A DNA stretch of 64,000 nt, taken from assembly GCF_001194135.2 (NCBI RefSeq), contig NC_068982.1:38317687-38381686 (forward strand), read 5' to 3'. Below are positions 36,693-49,430 of this stretch, one piece after another (position 1 is the first letter of the stretch; every line of letters begins with the position of its first letter). This DNA is from Octopus bimaculoides (Eukaryota). The notes below the pieces were generated by a model. The model made no database searches. It was not told the DNA's origin and saw nothing but the letters and a program-made list of their open reading frames with translations. A program made the position numbers and the translations under genes.

Positions 36693-37250
36693 GATAAAAA
36701 TGATTATTTTATATTCTAAATTTGATGTAAATATAATCCCCATACACAATTTTTTTCCCAAGACTTGCTCAGAAGCCTAAGAATTAAATATTTATTTACT
36801 AATTATCTCACATAAAAAAATCTGAAAAGAATATCTTATTAAACAAAAAAAAAAAAAGATTTTTATCCCAATAATTATCTATTTGTAATTATTTTCAACG
36901 TTCATAACTTAGAATTTTTCACAATTATTTTACAAAATCTATACGCTTAAGAATTGGCAACATATTTGTAACAGTAGGCCTCATAAGATATGGATTCAAA
37001 CCACACCTTTAAAAGAATACAGTAAAGCAGAAGAATTATTGAGGGAACTAGTATTGTTTCAAAAACTGGTGACCATCAAAAGTTGGTACAAATAACTCAA
37101 TAGAATACAGATTGTGGCACGAGGAAGAGAAGTCTAACATTTTGGGCGGAACCTTTTGTAAGAGAGTGTGGGAGATAGGGGAGGGAGAGGAAAAGAGAGA
37201 AAAAGAGAGAAGAGGGAGAAAGATTAAATGTTGACTGATGTTGACGGAGT

Positions 37251-37577
37251 GTGAAGGCGCGTGGCTTAGTGGTTAGGGTATTCGGCTTACGATCGTCAGG
37301 TCGTGCTTTCAATTCCCCTTAAAGCGTTGTGTCCTTGAGCAAGACACTTTATTTTACGTTGCCAAAGTCCACTCAGCTATCAAAAATGAGTTGTAATTGC
37401 ATTTCAAAAGAGCCAGCCTTGTCACATTCTGTGTCACGCTGAATCTCCCAGAGAGCTACGTTGACGGTACACGTGTCTGTGGAGTGCACAGCCACTTGCA
37501 CGTTAATTTCACGAGCAGGCTGTTCCGTTGATCGGGTCAACTGGCACCCTCGTTGTCGTAACCAATGGAGTGCCAGT
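37251..37577 (+). mobile_element. tRNA-derived SINE (family D)
   Basis: GGCGCGTGGCTTAGTGGTTAGG (A box), TTCAATTCC (B box), GTGTCCTTGAGCAAGACACTT CORE-like domain. Confidence 0.85.
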
Positions 37578-37932
37578 TGACGGATTAATAAATTGGGAGC
37601 AGTGAGAGTGATGAGAGGAAAGGGTGGGAGTGGCAGTTAAAAAAAGACGCGAGAGAGAGAGATAACAAGCGTTAGTGGACCAAAAGTAGTGGTTATAACG
37701 AGGAGAAAATAAAAGAAAGGCCAACAGATCTGAAAAGCATTAAGGAGATGGGAAGAGATTACACAGGGAAGTGACATACAGAAATATAAAGATCAATATA
37801 CATACATAAAATGCTGACAACGGCAACTAAGCTGAGACTTCGAATTCACTATCAATTTTTTACGAGAAAAAATAAAATGACACCCTACCTAAATGTATTA
37901 ACCGGTTTTTAACTGTAACCATACATACAAAC

Positions 37933-37996
<64 letters not shown>

Positions 37997-38013
37997 TACA
38001 TACATGCATACAT

Positions 38014-38352
38014 GGTAAAGACCCCCTTCTGTCATGAATAACCATGGGATTGCACCTAGGGAGTTCTCCTCCGAGACACAAGTCCGGGCAAGGTCGTTTG
38101 TGGAAGGCCAGCAGTCGCCCATGCATACCAGCCTCCCCTCTCCATGCCACCGATGTTATTCAGGGGAAAGGCAAAGGCTGATACAGCTTGGCACCAGTGA
38201 TGCTGCAACTCATTTCTACAGCTGAGTGAACTGGAGCAACCTGAAATAAAGCGTGTTGCTCAAGAACACAACATGCAGCCCGGCCCGGGAATCGAACCCA
38301 CTACTTCATAATTGTGAGCCCGACGCTCTAACTACTCAGCCATGCGCCTTCA
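38014..38352 (-). mobile_element. tRNA-derived SINE (family D), flanked by (TATG)n on both sides
   Basis: Minus strand GTGAAGGCGCATGGCTGAGTAGTTAG...GGTTCGATTCCC...GTGTTCTTGAGCAA. Confidence 0.85.
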
Positions 38353-38391
38353 TCACATACATACATACATACATACATGCATACATACATA

Positions 38392-39671
<1,280 letters not shown>

Positions 39672-40029
39672 ATATCTTTGTTGCTTATTTTGATTTTAAT
39701 TACCTTACTTTGAAATTGTATGGATAATACCGTACTAAATTCTGGTACTTAAACTTAAGTAGCATATTCACTTGAATCTAAATTTTTGCTGAACTCTCTC
39801 TCTCTCTCNNNNNNNNNNNNNNNNNNNNNNNNNNNNNNNNNNNNNNNNNNNNNNNNNNNNNNNNNNNNNNNNNNNNNNNNNNNNNNNNNNNNNNNNNNNN
39901 NNNNNNNNNNNNNNNNNNNNNNNNNNNNNNNNNNNNNNNNNNNNNNNNNNNNNNNNNNNNNNNNNNNNNNNNNNNNNNNNNNNNNNNNNNNNNNNNTATA
40001 TATATATATATGTATGTATGTATATATAT

Positions 40030-41450
40030 AGGCATTCATTTTTTATTTACCATAAAAGGCTAATAATACACAGAAGGGACAATACCCGACAGACAAAACA
40101 TGGAGGTCAAAATAGCGTATGGATAATGAAAGAATGGAAATGATAAAAATGGAGTGCTGGACACGGGGACCCCCATAAACCACGCATCATCACTGATCTT
40201 CTTTTAGAATCACTGGTACTTACGTTCAAGTCATCTCACACATGTAACAAGGCATACACTCTTCATTCACAAATGAGGACAGACAGGATGGGTTGGAACA
40301 ACATATGATTAGACAACATCTAACACTTGATGAAAAAGGAAAGTCGCATTGTCTTTTGATTTTCTTTTAGGATAACTGGTACTCGCGTTCAATCATCTCA
40401 CACATGTAGCAAGGCATATACTTTTCATTCACAGTACAGGCCAGACAAAATGTGGTGGGTTAATGGGTTGTGTCGTCACGGTGCTCCCCCTTGCTTTCTT
40501 TCGGGTCGTCAGACTGTGGTAGGTTGCTAGGTGGAGGGGGTGCTTCTGTGGACACGTGGTTTTTATGTGGCCCTCTTGTCCACACTTAAAGCACCGTGGA
40601 CTTCTTCCCTTCATCATGACTCTTAGTGTGGCCTCGTCCAGAAGTATTATTTGCCTTGGTATTTCTTCCAAGTCCCTCTGGGCAGCCTGGATTATTAGTT
40701 CCAGACCTTGGCTCCCAACAGTTCTGCTGGTGTAGCCTAGTGGCCTGAAGGATAGTGGCTCTATCTTCCAGGTTCAGCAGCACGGCCGTCCTCAGCCACA
40801 CCGCATCGATTTCTGGTGGGACCTCCCTTATTCTTATTTTCGATGTTCGCCTTCCAAGGTAAGTCGGCAGTAGCATCAGATCTGCCGACTTTAAGGAAGA
40901 CGTAGAGTGTTCCTTTTGCCTCCTCTTCGGAAGCGAATCTTACCTCTCCTGTGCAGAAGCACCCTCCTCTATTTATGTATTTTATGTTGTGCCAAATTTG
41001 TATCCTTTTTGTTGTCAGGGACAGCGTTCTGTAAACTATTGTTTTGCGTTTTGTGTTGTATATCACTTCTTCTGGATGAGTCAGCTTCGTGTTCGTTCCT
41101 TCCCTCTGCAATAAGTTTTTATATTTTTCGAGCTCGCCGGGTTGACTTGCACTTTTCGCTAGTAACACCAGCCACGGACGCGCAGTTCATTTTTCCATTA
41201 CCATTCTGTGTTTCAATTCGGAGGTCGGTTTCATAATTCTCTGCGATGTTTTTCTCTTCCTTCGTTTGGCTAAATGGGAGGGAGGGTAACATTTGTTCGC
41301 ACAATTCCTCCAAGAAGTAGCCTGGAATTACATATTGGGAGATGTCAACTTCCATGTCGTACTGATTGTGTAAAAAAAAAATTCCACAAAAGAAAACAAT
41401 TCGACCTTAAACAGGAGGAATTCGCAAGAGTTACAGCTTGGTTAAACCAA
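40030..41450 (-). mobile_element. Tx1/L1-like retroelement: frameshifted ORF1 (CX2CX4HX4C) joined directly to a short 3' tail, no ORF2
   Basis: MEVDISQ (41355)...YLGRRTSKIRI...GRSPRCFKCGQEGHIKTTCP, stop at 40429. About 390 nt of tail ends GTAAATAAAAAAATG, then (TA)n. Confidence 0.7.
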
Positions 41451-42254
41451 TAATATAATTCTAAGACTTGGTAATAGTATTATAGTTTTCACCACGAGTA
41501 CCGGTTATTCTATGAAAAAAGTGAAAATAAAACTTTATCTCCAGATTTAACTGATTTATAGAAGAGAAAGGAGTTTAAAAGGTAACTGTTCAAAATAATA
41601 TAGCGTTTAGAATTTAACATGTTGTTTTTGTTGGCTCTGATAATCCCCAGAATATCATATGCGCATAACTGTCAGATTATTTGGTCATCTTGATAACAAT
41701 TTTCAGATTTTAAAATGGACCATTTTAAATCATAAGGAATGTTTTTAGCTTTCAAAAATTGAAAATGTATTCAATAAGGGAGAGAGTGTTTTTTTAGGGT
41801 ATTCTTAGAAAATGAATGGCAAATATTTTACAAGTGAAACTAAATACAGAATTCAAAAGAGTTGTGGGTTTTAACCGTACATTTATAAGCAACATTATTA
41901 TTATGCTTGCAGAATCCGTCCAGCGGATAATTAACTTTCATTCTAAAATTACATAGGGTTTGGCAAGGAAGAGTTCGATACTGAAAAAAAAAAATATATT
42001 TCTAACTTTATTTATCCACGTTAGCCTATAGTTAATGCAAGTATCATTTATGTTACGTTAACACTTTTCGTCAACTCTGTTAATATTGCCATTATATGTA
42101 TTACGATTGCTAATATAATCTTGAAGATGATAACCAAAAAAAATTACACCTATCATTACCATCGTTATTATTAATGTTGCGGAAAAGTTATTAATATGAA
42201 CAATTTTATGTACTCCACGGCTACAATTTGCAATCAATATTATTATATGCATTT

Positions 42255-42467
42255 AAGGCGGCGAGCTGGCAGAATCTTTAGCACGCCGGGCAAAATACTT
42301 AGCGGCATTTCGCCCGTCTTCATGTTCTGAATTCAAATTCCACCGTGGTAGACTTTGCTTTCCATTCTTTCGGGGTCGATAAAACATGTGCCGTTAAGCA
42401 CTGGGGTTAATTTAAGCAACTTAGTCTCTCCCTCAAAACTGTTGGCTTTGTGCCAAAATTAGAAACC
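42255..42467 (+). mobile_element. SINE family A with TSD AATATTATTATATGC(A)TTT
   Basis: Full consensus; flanks 42236-42254 and 42468-42485 are duplicated. Confidence 0.92.
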
Positions 42468-43049
42468 AATATTATTATATGCTTTATATGTTTTATTGTG
42501 ATATGTTTAGAATGAATGTGGTTTTTAAATGTTTAGCGATCTGATGTTGCTATGATAGAGACTAAATTATATGTGGTTGAATAAGAAGGTTTAACGGTTG
42601 ACTTGTTGAAAATTTTTTAGTTATCTATATTTAGTTATTTATATGCCAATAAGAATTTTAGAGAATAAATTTGCCATCCAGGTCTACCATTTCTTTAAAA
42701 TTGAACAAGATCAGATAATATTCTGTTCCCTACTTCTTCTGGTACCATTCAATGATAGGTTGTTATTCTTTTGAGTGAGATGAGAATCAGTCTTTAGTAG
42801 ATGACATATTGTGAAATACTATCAATATCGTATATACATACATACATACATACATACTAACATGCATACTTACATGCATACACACACACACACACACACA
42901 ATATTATTGTTCTTTCTAACGAAAAATAAATATACGCATTTTAAATATATATAAAATATATGCATTTTAAATCGAATTTATAACTGCATGCGTATGATTG
43001 CCTAATTTGAAGTTTTATATGTGTGTGTATGCATTTTTTACGTAGTTTC

Positions 43050-44455
43050 AGCGATTTGTGTTGCTTTTTGCATTTGACGAATTTATGTTTTCAGAAAATT
43101 GTTCGTTTTTGGATTGCTAGTGAGCATAGGTAGATCATGTACAACGGTGTTGTATGCCTCATTGTTTCTAGGGTTGTGAGTTGATATATACGGTAGTGTT
43201 TTGAGACGTGGTGTGGTGTTACGTTTTGTTTTCCTTAGTGTTTTCATACCTAATTTCTTGGCATGCTTAATTCCATCGTCTATAAGTGAGGGTGGATATT
43301 GTCTCTCAGTAGGTATTGTTCTTGTTCTGAGGTCTTGAAGATGGAGGTGCCGGGTATCTCCATCAGACACTATTGTGCAAATCCTTTTCCTTAAATTAAT
43401 GGGGATATTTCTTGTGATGTGTTTCGGGAGGCATGAGCTAAAAAGAAAATATTGTTTCAAGTTCGTTGATTTGTGATAAATGACAGTTACAATTTGGTTG
43501 TTAACTTTTTTAATCATAATATCTAAGAAAGGGAGCTGTTCTTTGCTATATTCCATTGTAAATTGAATGTTAGGGTTTATACGTCTGTCTTGATAGCCGA
43601 AAAGACTTTTTGTTTATATTGTATTGTTTTGGAAACTGGGAGGAATATTAATGCAGTATATGGGGACTGGAGAATAAGCGTAAGCCAGTGTCAACGGTGG
43701 AGTATAAATTTTAAAGTTTCAATTATATAAACCTGGTTTATGCGTTCTGGAAGTTCTTCGAGGTACTTTTCCAGCCAGAATTTTATTGCTTCTACTCCAA
43801 AGTCATGTGGGATGTTGGTGTAAAGATTAATAACATCGAAGGAAACCAATAATGTCTCTTCATTAGTTGTTTTTGGTAGGTGCTCAAGCTTATATAGATC
43901 GTCTCTAATGAAACTTTTGATGCATTTCCGCAAGGGTTTCAGCAGGATGTCTAGAAAATTGTTTAGGCGGTGGGTTTCACCGGCTGGGCCAGCTATAATG
44001 GGTCTTAACTTTAAATCCTCTGGCTCTGGGATATTTATTATCCTACTTTAGCTAGTATAATGATTTTTGCTACAGAAGGAGTTTTCTTTGATAATTTACT
44101 TTGAGTTTCTCCTGTATGTTTTGTTCTAACGTGTGTCCCTGTTTCTCTCCACTTGGTCTAAAAAAATGTTTACTGTAATTTGGTTCGTAAAAATTATCAG
44201 TGTTATTAATTGTATTAAGAATGCTGTGAGGCCGGTTTGTATTTCAGATATATATATATTACTGCTGACCAAACCAGATACGTTTGTGTTCTGTACGACA
44301 AGGATTTTTTACCATTTCTTTGCGCTACTCCACTACGTCTGTCTTGATAGTCGAAAAGGCTTTTTTGTTTATATTGTATTGTTTTGGAAAGTGGGGGGAA
44401 TATCAATGCAGTATATGGGGACTGGAGAATAAGAGTAAGCCAGTGTCAATGGTGG
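43050..44455 (-). mobile_element. Penelope-like reverse transcriptase pseudogene, rearranged
   Basis: LKLRPIIAGP..ETHRLNNFLDILLKP, LVSFDVINLYTNIP, INPNIQFTMEYSKEQLPFLDI. The central YxDD region is missing. Confidence 0.9.
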
Positions 44456-45391
44456 TTCCAGAAATTCTGAGCCGGAAACTACAGCCTAGAAAACGAGCCT
44501 CATCCTGGAAGATCTGTAGAGCTCAACGAGGATGTCTTGCAAACCCTGGTGGAACAAAATACCATCGTAACTGTTGAGGAACTAGCATAGAAGCTTGGAT
44601 TTGGTCATTTAACCATTCATCGACACCTGCATGCCATCGGAAAAGTCAGCAGATTAGGTCTAATAACACGCAGAGAGTGAACGTGTGCTCTTCTTTACTG
44701 CTCTTCACATCTCACGAACTAACCTGTTTTGGACTGAATGGTGACAAGAAATAGGTTCTCTATAAAAATGTCAAACGCTGAAGACAGTGGGTAGGGAAAG
44801 GAGAAACACCGGCACCCCAGGTTAAAGAAGGTCTTCATTCACGTAAGGCGTTGTTATCTGTTTGGTGGGATATGAAAGGTTTAGTCCACTTTGAACTTTT
44901 GAATCCAAACCAAACGATAACAAAAGAGATCTACTGCAAGCAGCTTGAGCGGCTTAAGTCAGTGCTAGAAGAAAAACGACTATCTTTGGTTTCAAGACGA
45001 AAGGTGTTCTTCCATCAGGATAATGCTCGGCCACATACAGCGAGGATGACATTCCATAGGCTGGAGCAGTTTGAATGGGAAACGATGCCACACCCACCAT
45101 ATTCACCAGACATTGCTCCATCTGATTATCATTTATTCCGCAGTCTTCAAAATCATTTGGACGGAAAAATATGAATTCTGTAGACGAGGTCAGAAGAGTA
45201 CAGGAGGAGTATTTTTCGTCACAGACAAGTGAATTTTGGAAGTGGGCCTTACAATTCCACCAGATAGATGGTAGAGCATAGTAGAAAATGAAGGAGAGTA
45301 TATTTTAGATTAAAAAAAGAACTTTGTTTATCTTAATTTTGAAAAATAAAAGAAGTATAAAAAAACGCATTATTTATGGGATGACCCAATA
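44451..45391 (+). mobile_element. mariner (DD34D) transposon, 5'-truncated pseudogene
   Basis: WFQKF..SLENEPHPGR, LSVWWDMKG, HQDNARPH...HPPYSPDIAPSDYHLF. Right TIR TTATTTATGGGATGACCCAATA followed by TA. Confidence 0.93.
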
Positions 45392-45566
45392 TATATCTGT
45401 ATAGGCTCGAAACGTCAANNNNNNNNNNNNNNNNNNNNNNNNNNNNNNNNNNNNNNNNNNNNNNNNNNNNNNNNNNNNNNNNNNNNNNNNNNNNNNNNNN
45501 NNNNNNNNNNNNNNNNNNNNNNNNNNNNNNNNNNNNNNNATATATATATATATACACACACGTACA

Positions 45567-45789
45567 TACGATGTGGTGCTGAAAAGTTCCTGGCTTTAAG
45601 GGTATCGCAAGAAACCTGGTTTGAAGCCCAACTGTCTGAGTTCTTTTATAGGGCTGAGAAAAGCTGAAGGACCGTTTCAATAAGTGTGTGAATCTGAGAG
45701 GGGTATATATTGAACAAAATCATGAATAACCGATCCTCCTGTATTTTCTTTTACCCAAAGCCAGGAACTTTTCAGCACCCCCTCGAATA
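45567..45789. mobile_element. mariner-type MITE (~220 bp)
   Basis: TIRs GGTGCTGAAAAGTTCCTGGCTTT / AAAGCCAGGAACTTTTCAGCACC. Confidence 0.88.
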
Positions 45790-46587
45790 TATGGATTCTG
45801 CCTAAAAGAAGCCCTCAAAATTTTAACCCATAACTCACCACAATTGCTTACGAAATTTCTACGGATATTTGCATTATTAAGGCTATAACCATACATGGAC
45901 TTACACAGGATTGACCCTAAGGACGTATGGACTGACATCTACACTATCGGAAAGTTGAACTGTGAACTTTTATGCTTCTTTTTTCTTTTTCTTCATTTCT
46001 TTATTTCCTTTCTCCTGTATTCTGTCATCAGTTCATTAATCTATACCCCTCACATTTTCCCTATTTGTCTCCGATGAGGAGTATCCCATACTTTGGGATA
46101 TCCCAGAAACAGCTGTAAGACTGTGAATTTTTCCAATAATAATCATGTATATTATGACTTAAGATGTTTGTCTTTCCTTAACGTTTGTTGTCCTCGTTAA
46201 TATGTTATATTTCGTTGTTCGAAAAAAGTTCGTTTTCTGTTTTCGTTTTTATGTTTTCGATTTTCATTGTGTTTAACGTTTTTTTTTTTATGTCCTGTAC
46301 CCATATATGCATGTATATATACATATAGATGTAGATATGTACATATATGTATGGATATATACATATATCTATATATTATTTATATTATTATATGATCGAA
46401 CGCCATGCATCGTTTTCCAAATAAGTCTTATCTTAATATTTACAATGCGCACTCTTCTACTATCTCTCTCCCTCTCTTGTTCTTCATCCTTTCTGTTTTT
46501 CTCTCCCACCCTTTCCTTCTTCTTCTCTCCCTTTCACTGTTNNNNNNNNNNCCCACCCTTTCCTTCTTCTTCTCTCCCTTTCACTGT

Positions 46588-46632
<45 letters not shown>

Positions 46633-47222
46633 TCCTCTTCCTCCTTGACTCTCTCATCGCTGACACATGACGAAAGGGGTTCTCTCTTTCTGCCCACTGG
46701 TCTTCCTAAAGAACAGATGTGATTTTTTTGTCTCTTCTACTTAGCGTTCGTAATAATTTTTCTATCGTCTTGGCTCAACAGCCCTCACCGATTGTTTTTA
46801 CTGTCTCTTGTTTTTAATGTTTATATCGTTTTTACTGTCTTATTTTCACTGTCCTGTTCTTGTTAACACTTTCACCCTCCGCAAAAAATTCCAAATTTTA
46901 TTTAATTTGCTTTGCGGGAAGGACTGTTCCAACGAAGTCGCGTATTGTCCTTGCCTTCGAAACGCGGAGTAGATGGACAGGGACAACTGACGAAGGGATA
47001 TACTCTTTATGTTGCATGTCTCGTTTCTCTGTTTTTTTTTCGATGTTCGAAGAAAGTTCGTTTTCTGTTTTCGTTTTTATGTTTTCGTTTCTCATTGTGT
47101 TTAACGTTTTTGTTCTGATGTCCTGTACCCATATATGCATGTATGTATACATATAATGTAGGTAATGTACATATATGTATGGGTATATGCATATATCTAT
47201 ATATTATTTATATTATTATATA
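45790..47222 (+). mobile_element. Penelope-like 3' region with tandem terminal repeats (pLTR-like)
   Basis: CLKEALKIL...LL C-terminal endonuclease-like text, hammerhead motif at 46067, and a ~180-bp direct repeat (46211-46392 / 47039-47222). Confidence 0.6.
46067..46121 (+). ncRNA. Minimal hammerhead motif, core CCGAUGA, palindromic CAGCUG stem III
   Basis: gtct-CCGATGA-(stem II with TATCCCA/TGGGATA)-GAAAC-AGCT-GTA-agac. Confidence 0.6.
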
Positions 47223-47227
47223 TATAA

Positions 47228-47268
<41 letters not shown>

Positions 47269-47744
47269 GTTATCTATTTTTATTTCAAAATTTCTTGTCA
47301 ATAGAGAAATAGCCAGTTCCTAATCTAAATCTAAGGTTCTTTTATTAGGATTTCAACTACATCATCATAGCATTTTTGTATGCATGTGTTTATGTGTGCA
47401 GTATTTGGAGTCAGTGCATGTGTAGATTTGTATATTTTGTTTTATGTATGTATGCTCATACATAAATTTGCATTGTAGACATGCACATGTGTACTTAAAT
47501 GGTAAATTTCTGGGGAGTTTTGCAAATTTTTACAGTTTGAGTGATGGCTTGAGTCAGTCGTCTTTGAATTAGCCTTCTTTCTGGTTTTTAGATGCCTTAT
47601 TACTCAAGATTGGTACTTAGGCAGTGTGTTACATATTCTAGTGTCCAAATACTTACAGGTATAAACCTGGACTTGTAATTTGGGTATAATTCCAAATAGT
47701 TCAGCAAATTTATGTATGTATGTATGTATGTATGTATGTATGTA

Positions 47745-49037
47745 CGAAGGGTGTTCATTAAATATTTCCCCTAACCCACTCGTCAAGGACTGGTATAGAC
47801 AAAATTTTGCATAATTATTAGTCCTTCTCTACATAACCACCACCAATGGTGACACATTTCTCTTATCGCTTTATGCAGCTATGAAAATTTCGTCTGTAGA
47901 AGTCGGTAGGCTGTGTCTGGAGCCAAGATTTTACCTCGAAAATAAGTTCATCATCATCCAAAAAGTACTTCCCCTTCAAAAAAGACTTCATAGTTGGAAA
48001 GAGGTAGAAGTCAGATGGTGCAAGATCAGGAGAGTAAGGGGGATGAGAAAGGATTTCATAGCTGCAGGCATGTGCTTTCATCTGGGCAACAAGCGCATTG
48101 AGAACTGGAGCATTGTCTTGGAGGAAGCGGACGCCTTTGGTTAGCATGCCATTCCTCTCTATTTTTATAGCGTCCTGCAATTTCTGCAAAAGAGAAACAT
48201 AATATTCCCCGTTAACTGTGATGCCATTTGCCAGAAAATCCATCACCACTACTCCGCGCTGGTCCCAAAAGACTGTGAGCATGACCTTGCCTGCTGAGGG
48301 TTGGACATGAGCCTTCTTTGGAGGTGGTGAGTTATCATGCTTCCATTGCTTCGACTGGACTTTAGTCTCAGGATCATAGTGACGGTCCCATGTTTCATCC
48401 TGTGTGATAAATCTGCCGAAAAAGTCCTCCTCGTTCTCTAGGCACATTGCCAAAAGAGCCTGGAAGCCATTAACTCGTTCCTGCTTCTGAAAAGGTGTGG
48501 GAATCTGTGGAATCCGTCGTGCAGACAACTTCTGCATGTGCAAATGGTCGTGAAGGATTTTTTCCACAGGCTCCACACTTATCATCACTTCTTGGCCAAG
48601 GTGCCATTAGTTATGCGGCGATCCTCCAAAGTGGCGGCTTCCACTTTATAGATGGTGTCATCATCAATGACGGAAAGTGGTCATCCAGGAATAGGAGCAA
48701 CTTCCACCGATGTCCGACCATATTTGAACTGGTGATGTCAGTGCTTGACTACGTCATTTGATGGTGCATCGTCACCATAAACTTCTTTCATCTCATCGAA
48801 AGTCTCTTTTGGTGTACGACCTTTCAAGTATAAGAACCTGATCACTGATCTGCATTCAACTGCCTCCATTATAACACCACAGTCCACTTCAGCAGCCATA
48901 AAAGACAAACAAATATTAATGGAAAGCTGCAGTTCACAACGTGACATGTAGAGACATGTATGATTATACCTGTACAAGTTCCGTTTCCTGCAATAACCGG
49001 AAGTGGGTTAGGGAAACTCTTTAATGAACGCACCGCG
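47745..49037 (-). mobile_element. Full-length 1293-bp mariner (DD34D), inactivated
   Basis: Imperfect TIRs (CGAAGGGTGTTCATTAAA..CCCTAACCCACT and its inverse), TA TSD within (TATG)n. MEAVECRSVIRFL...ITQDETW...LQDNA...HPPYSPDLAPSDFYLF with stops and one frameshift near 48600. Confidence 0.96.
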
Positions 49038-49073
49038 TATGTATGTATGTATGTATGTATGTATGTATGTATG

Positions 49074-49129
<56 letters not shown>

Positions 49130-49149
49130 TACGTATGTATGTATGTATG

Positions 49150-49430
49150 TCCAGGCGCGTGGTTGGCCCACTGAGAATGGGAGACCTCTCTGTTGTTGTC
49201 ACAGCCTCTCTCTAGAAGAGGGAAACTCTGNNNNNNNNNNTATGTCCAGGCGCGTGGTTGGCCCACTGAGAATGGGAGACCTCTCTGTTGTTGTCACAGC
49301 CTCTCTCTAGAAGAGGGAAACTCTGAGAGAAAACCTGCGATGCTGACAGTATTCGTTGATGTAGACTAGTTCTCCTTTCCGAGTTTATGTTGTCCATGTT
49401 CAGAGAGTGGGATTGGATTTGTGCAAATCC
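49150..49430 (+). mobile_element. Possible RTE-type LINE 5' UTR fragment
   Basis: CTCTCTCTAGAAGAGGGAAACTCTG resembles RTE 5' ends as I recall them; partly duplicated around a gap. Confidence 0.3.

Noticed and set aside
37251-37320. tRNA genes at SINE heads (also 38280-38352, 50621 and 62855)
   Set aside because: A/B boxes are present, but there is no complete cloverleaf or acceptor stem, and each runs into a SINE body.
46940-47010. Further hammerhead at CTGACGAA / TTCGAAACGCG
   Set aside because: Core halves are incomplete or out of order in this copy, and no stems can be closed.
49147-49324. ~84-bp tandem duplication around a 10-N gap (similar cases at 46500-46590 and 56433-56605)
   Set aside because: Identical copies on either side of a minimal gap are the usual signature of unmerged contig overlaps. 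The second hammerhead half at 56495-56512 is therefore not counted as a natural tandem.
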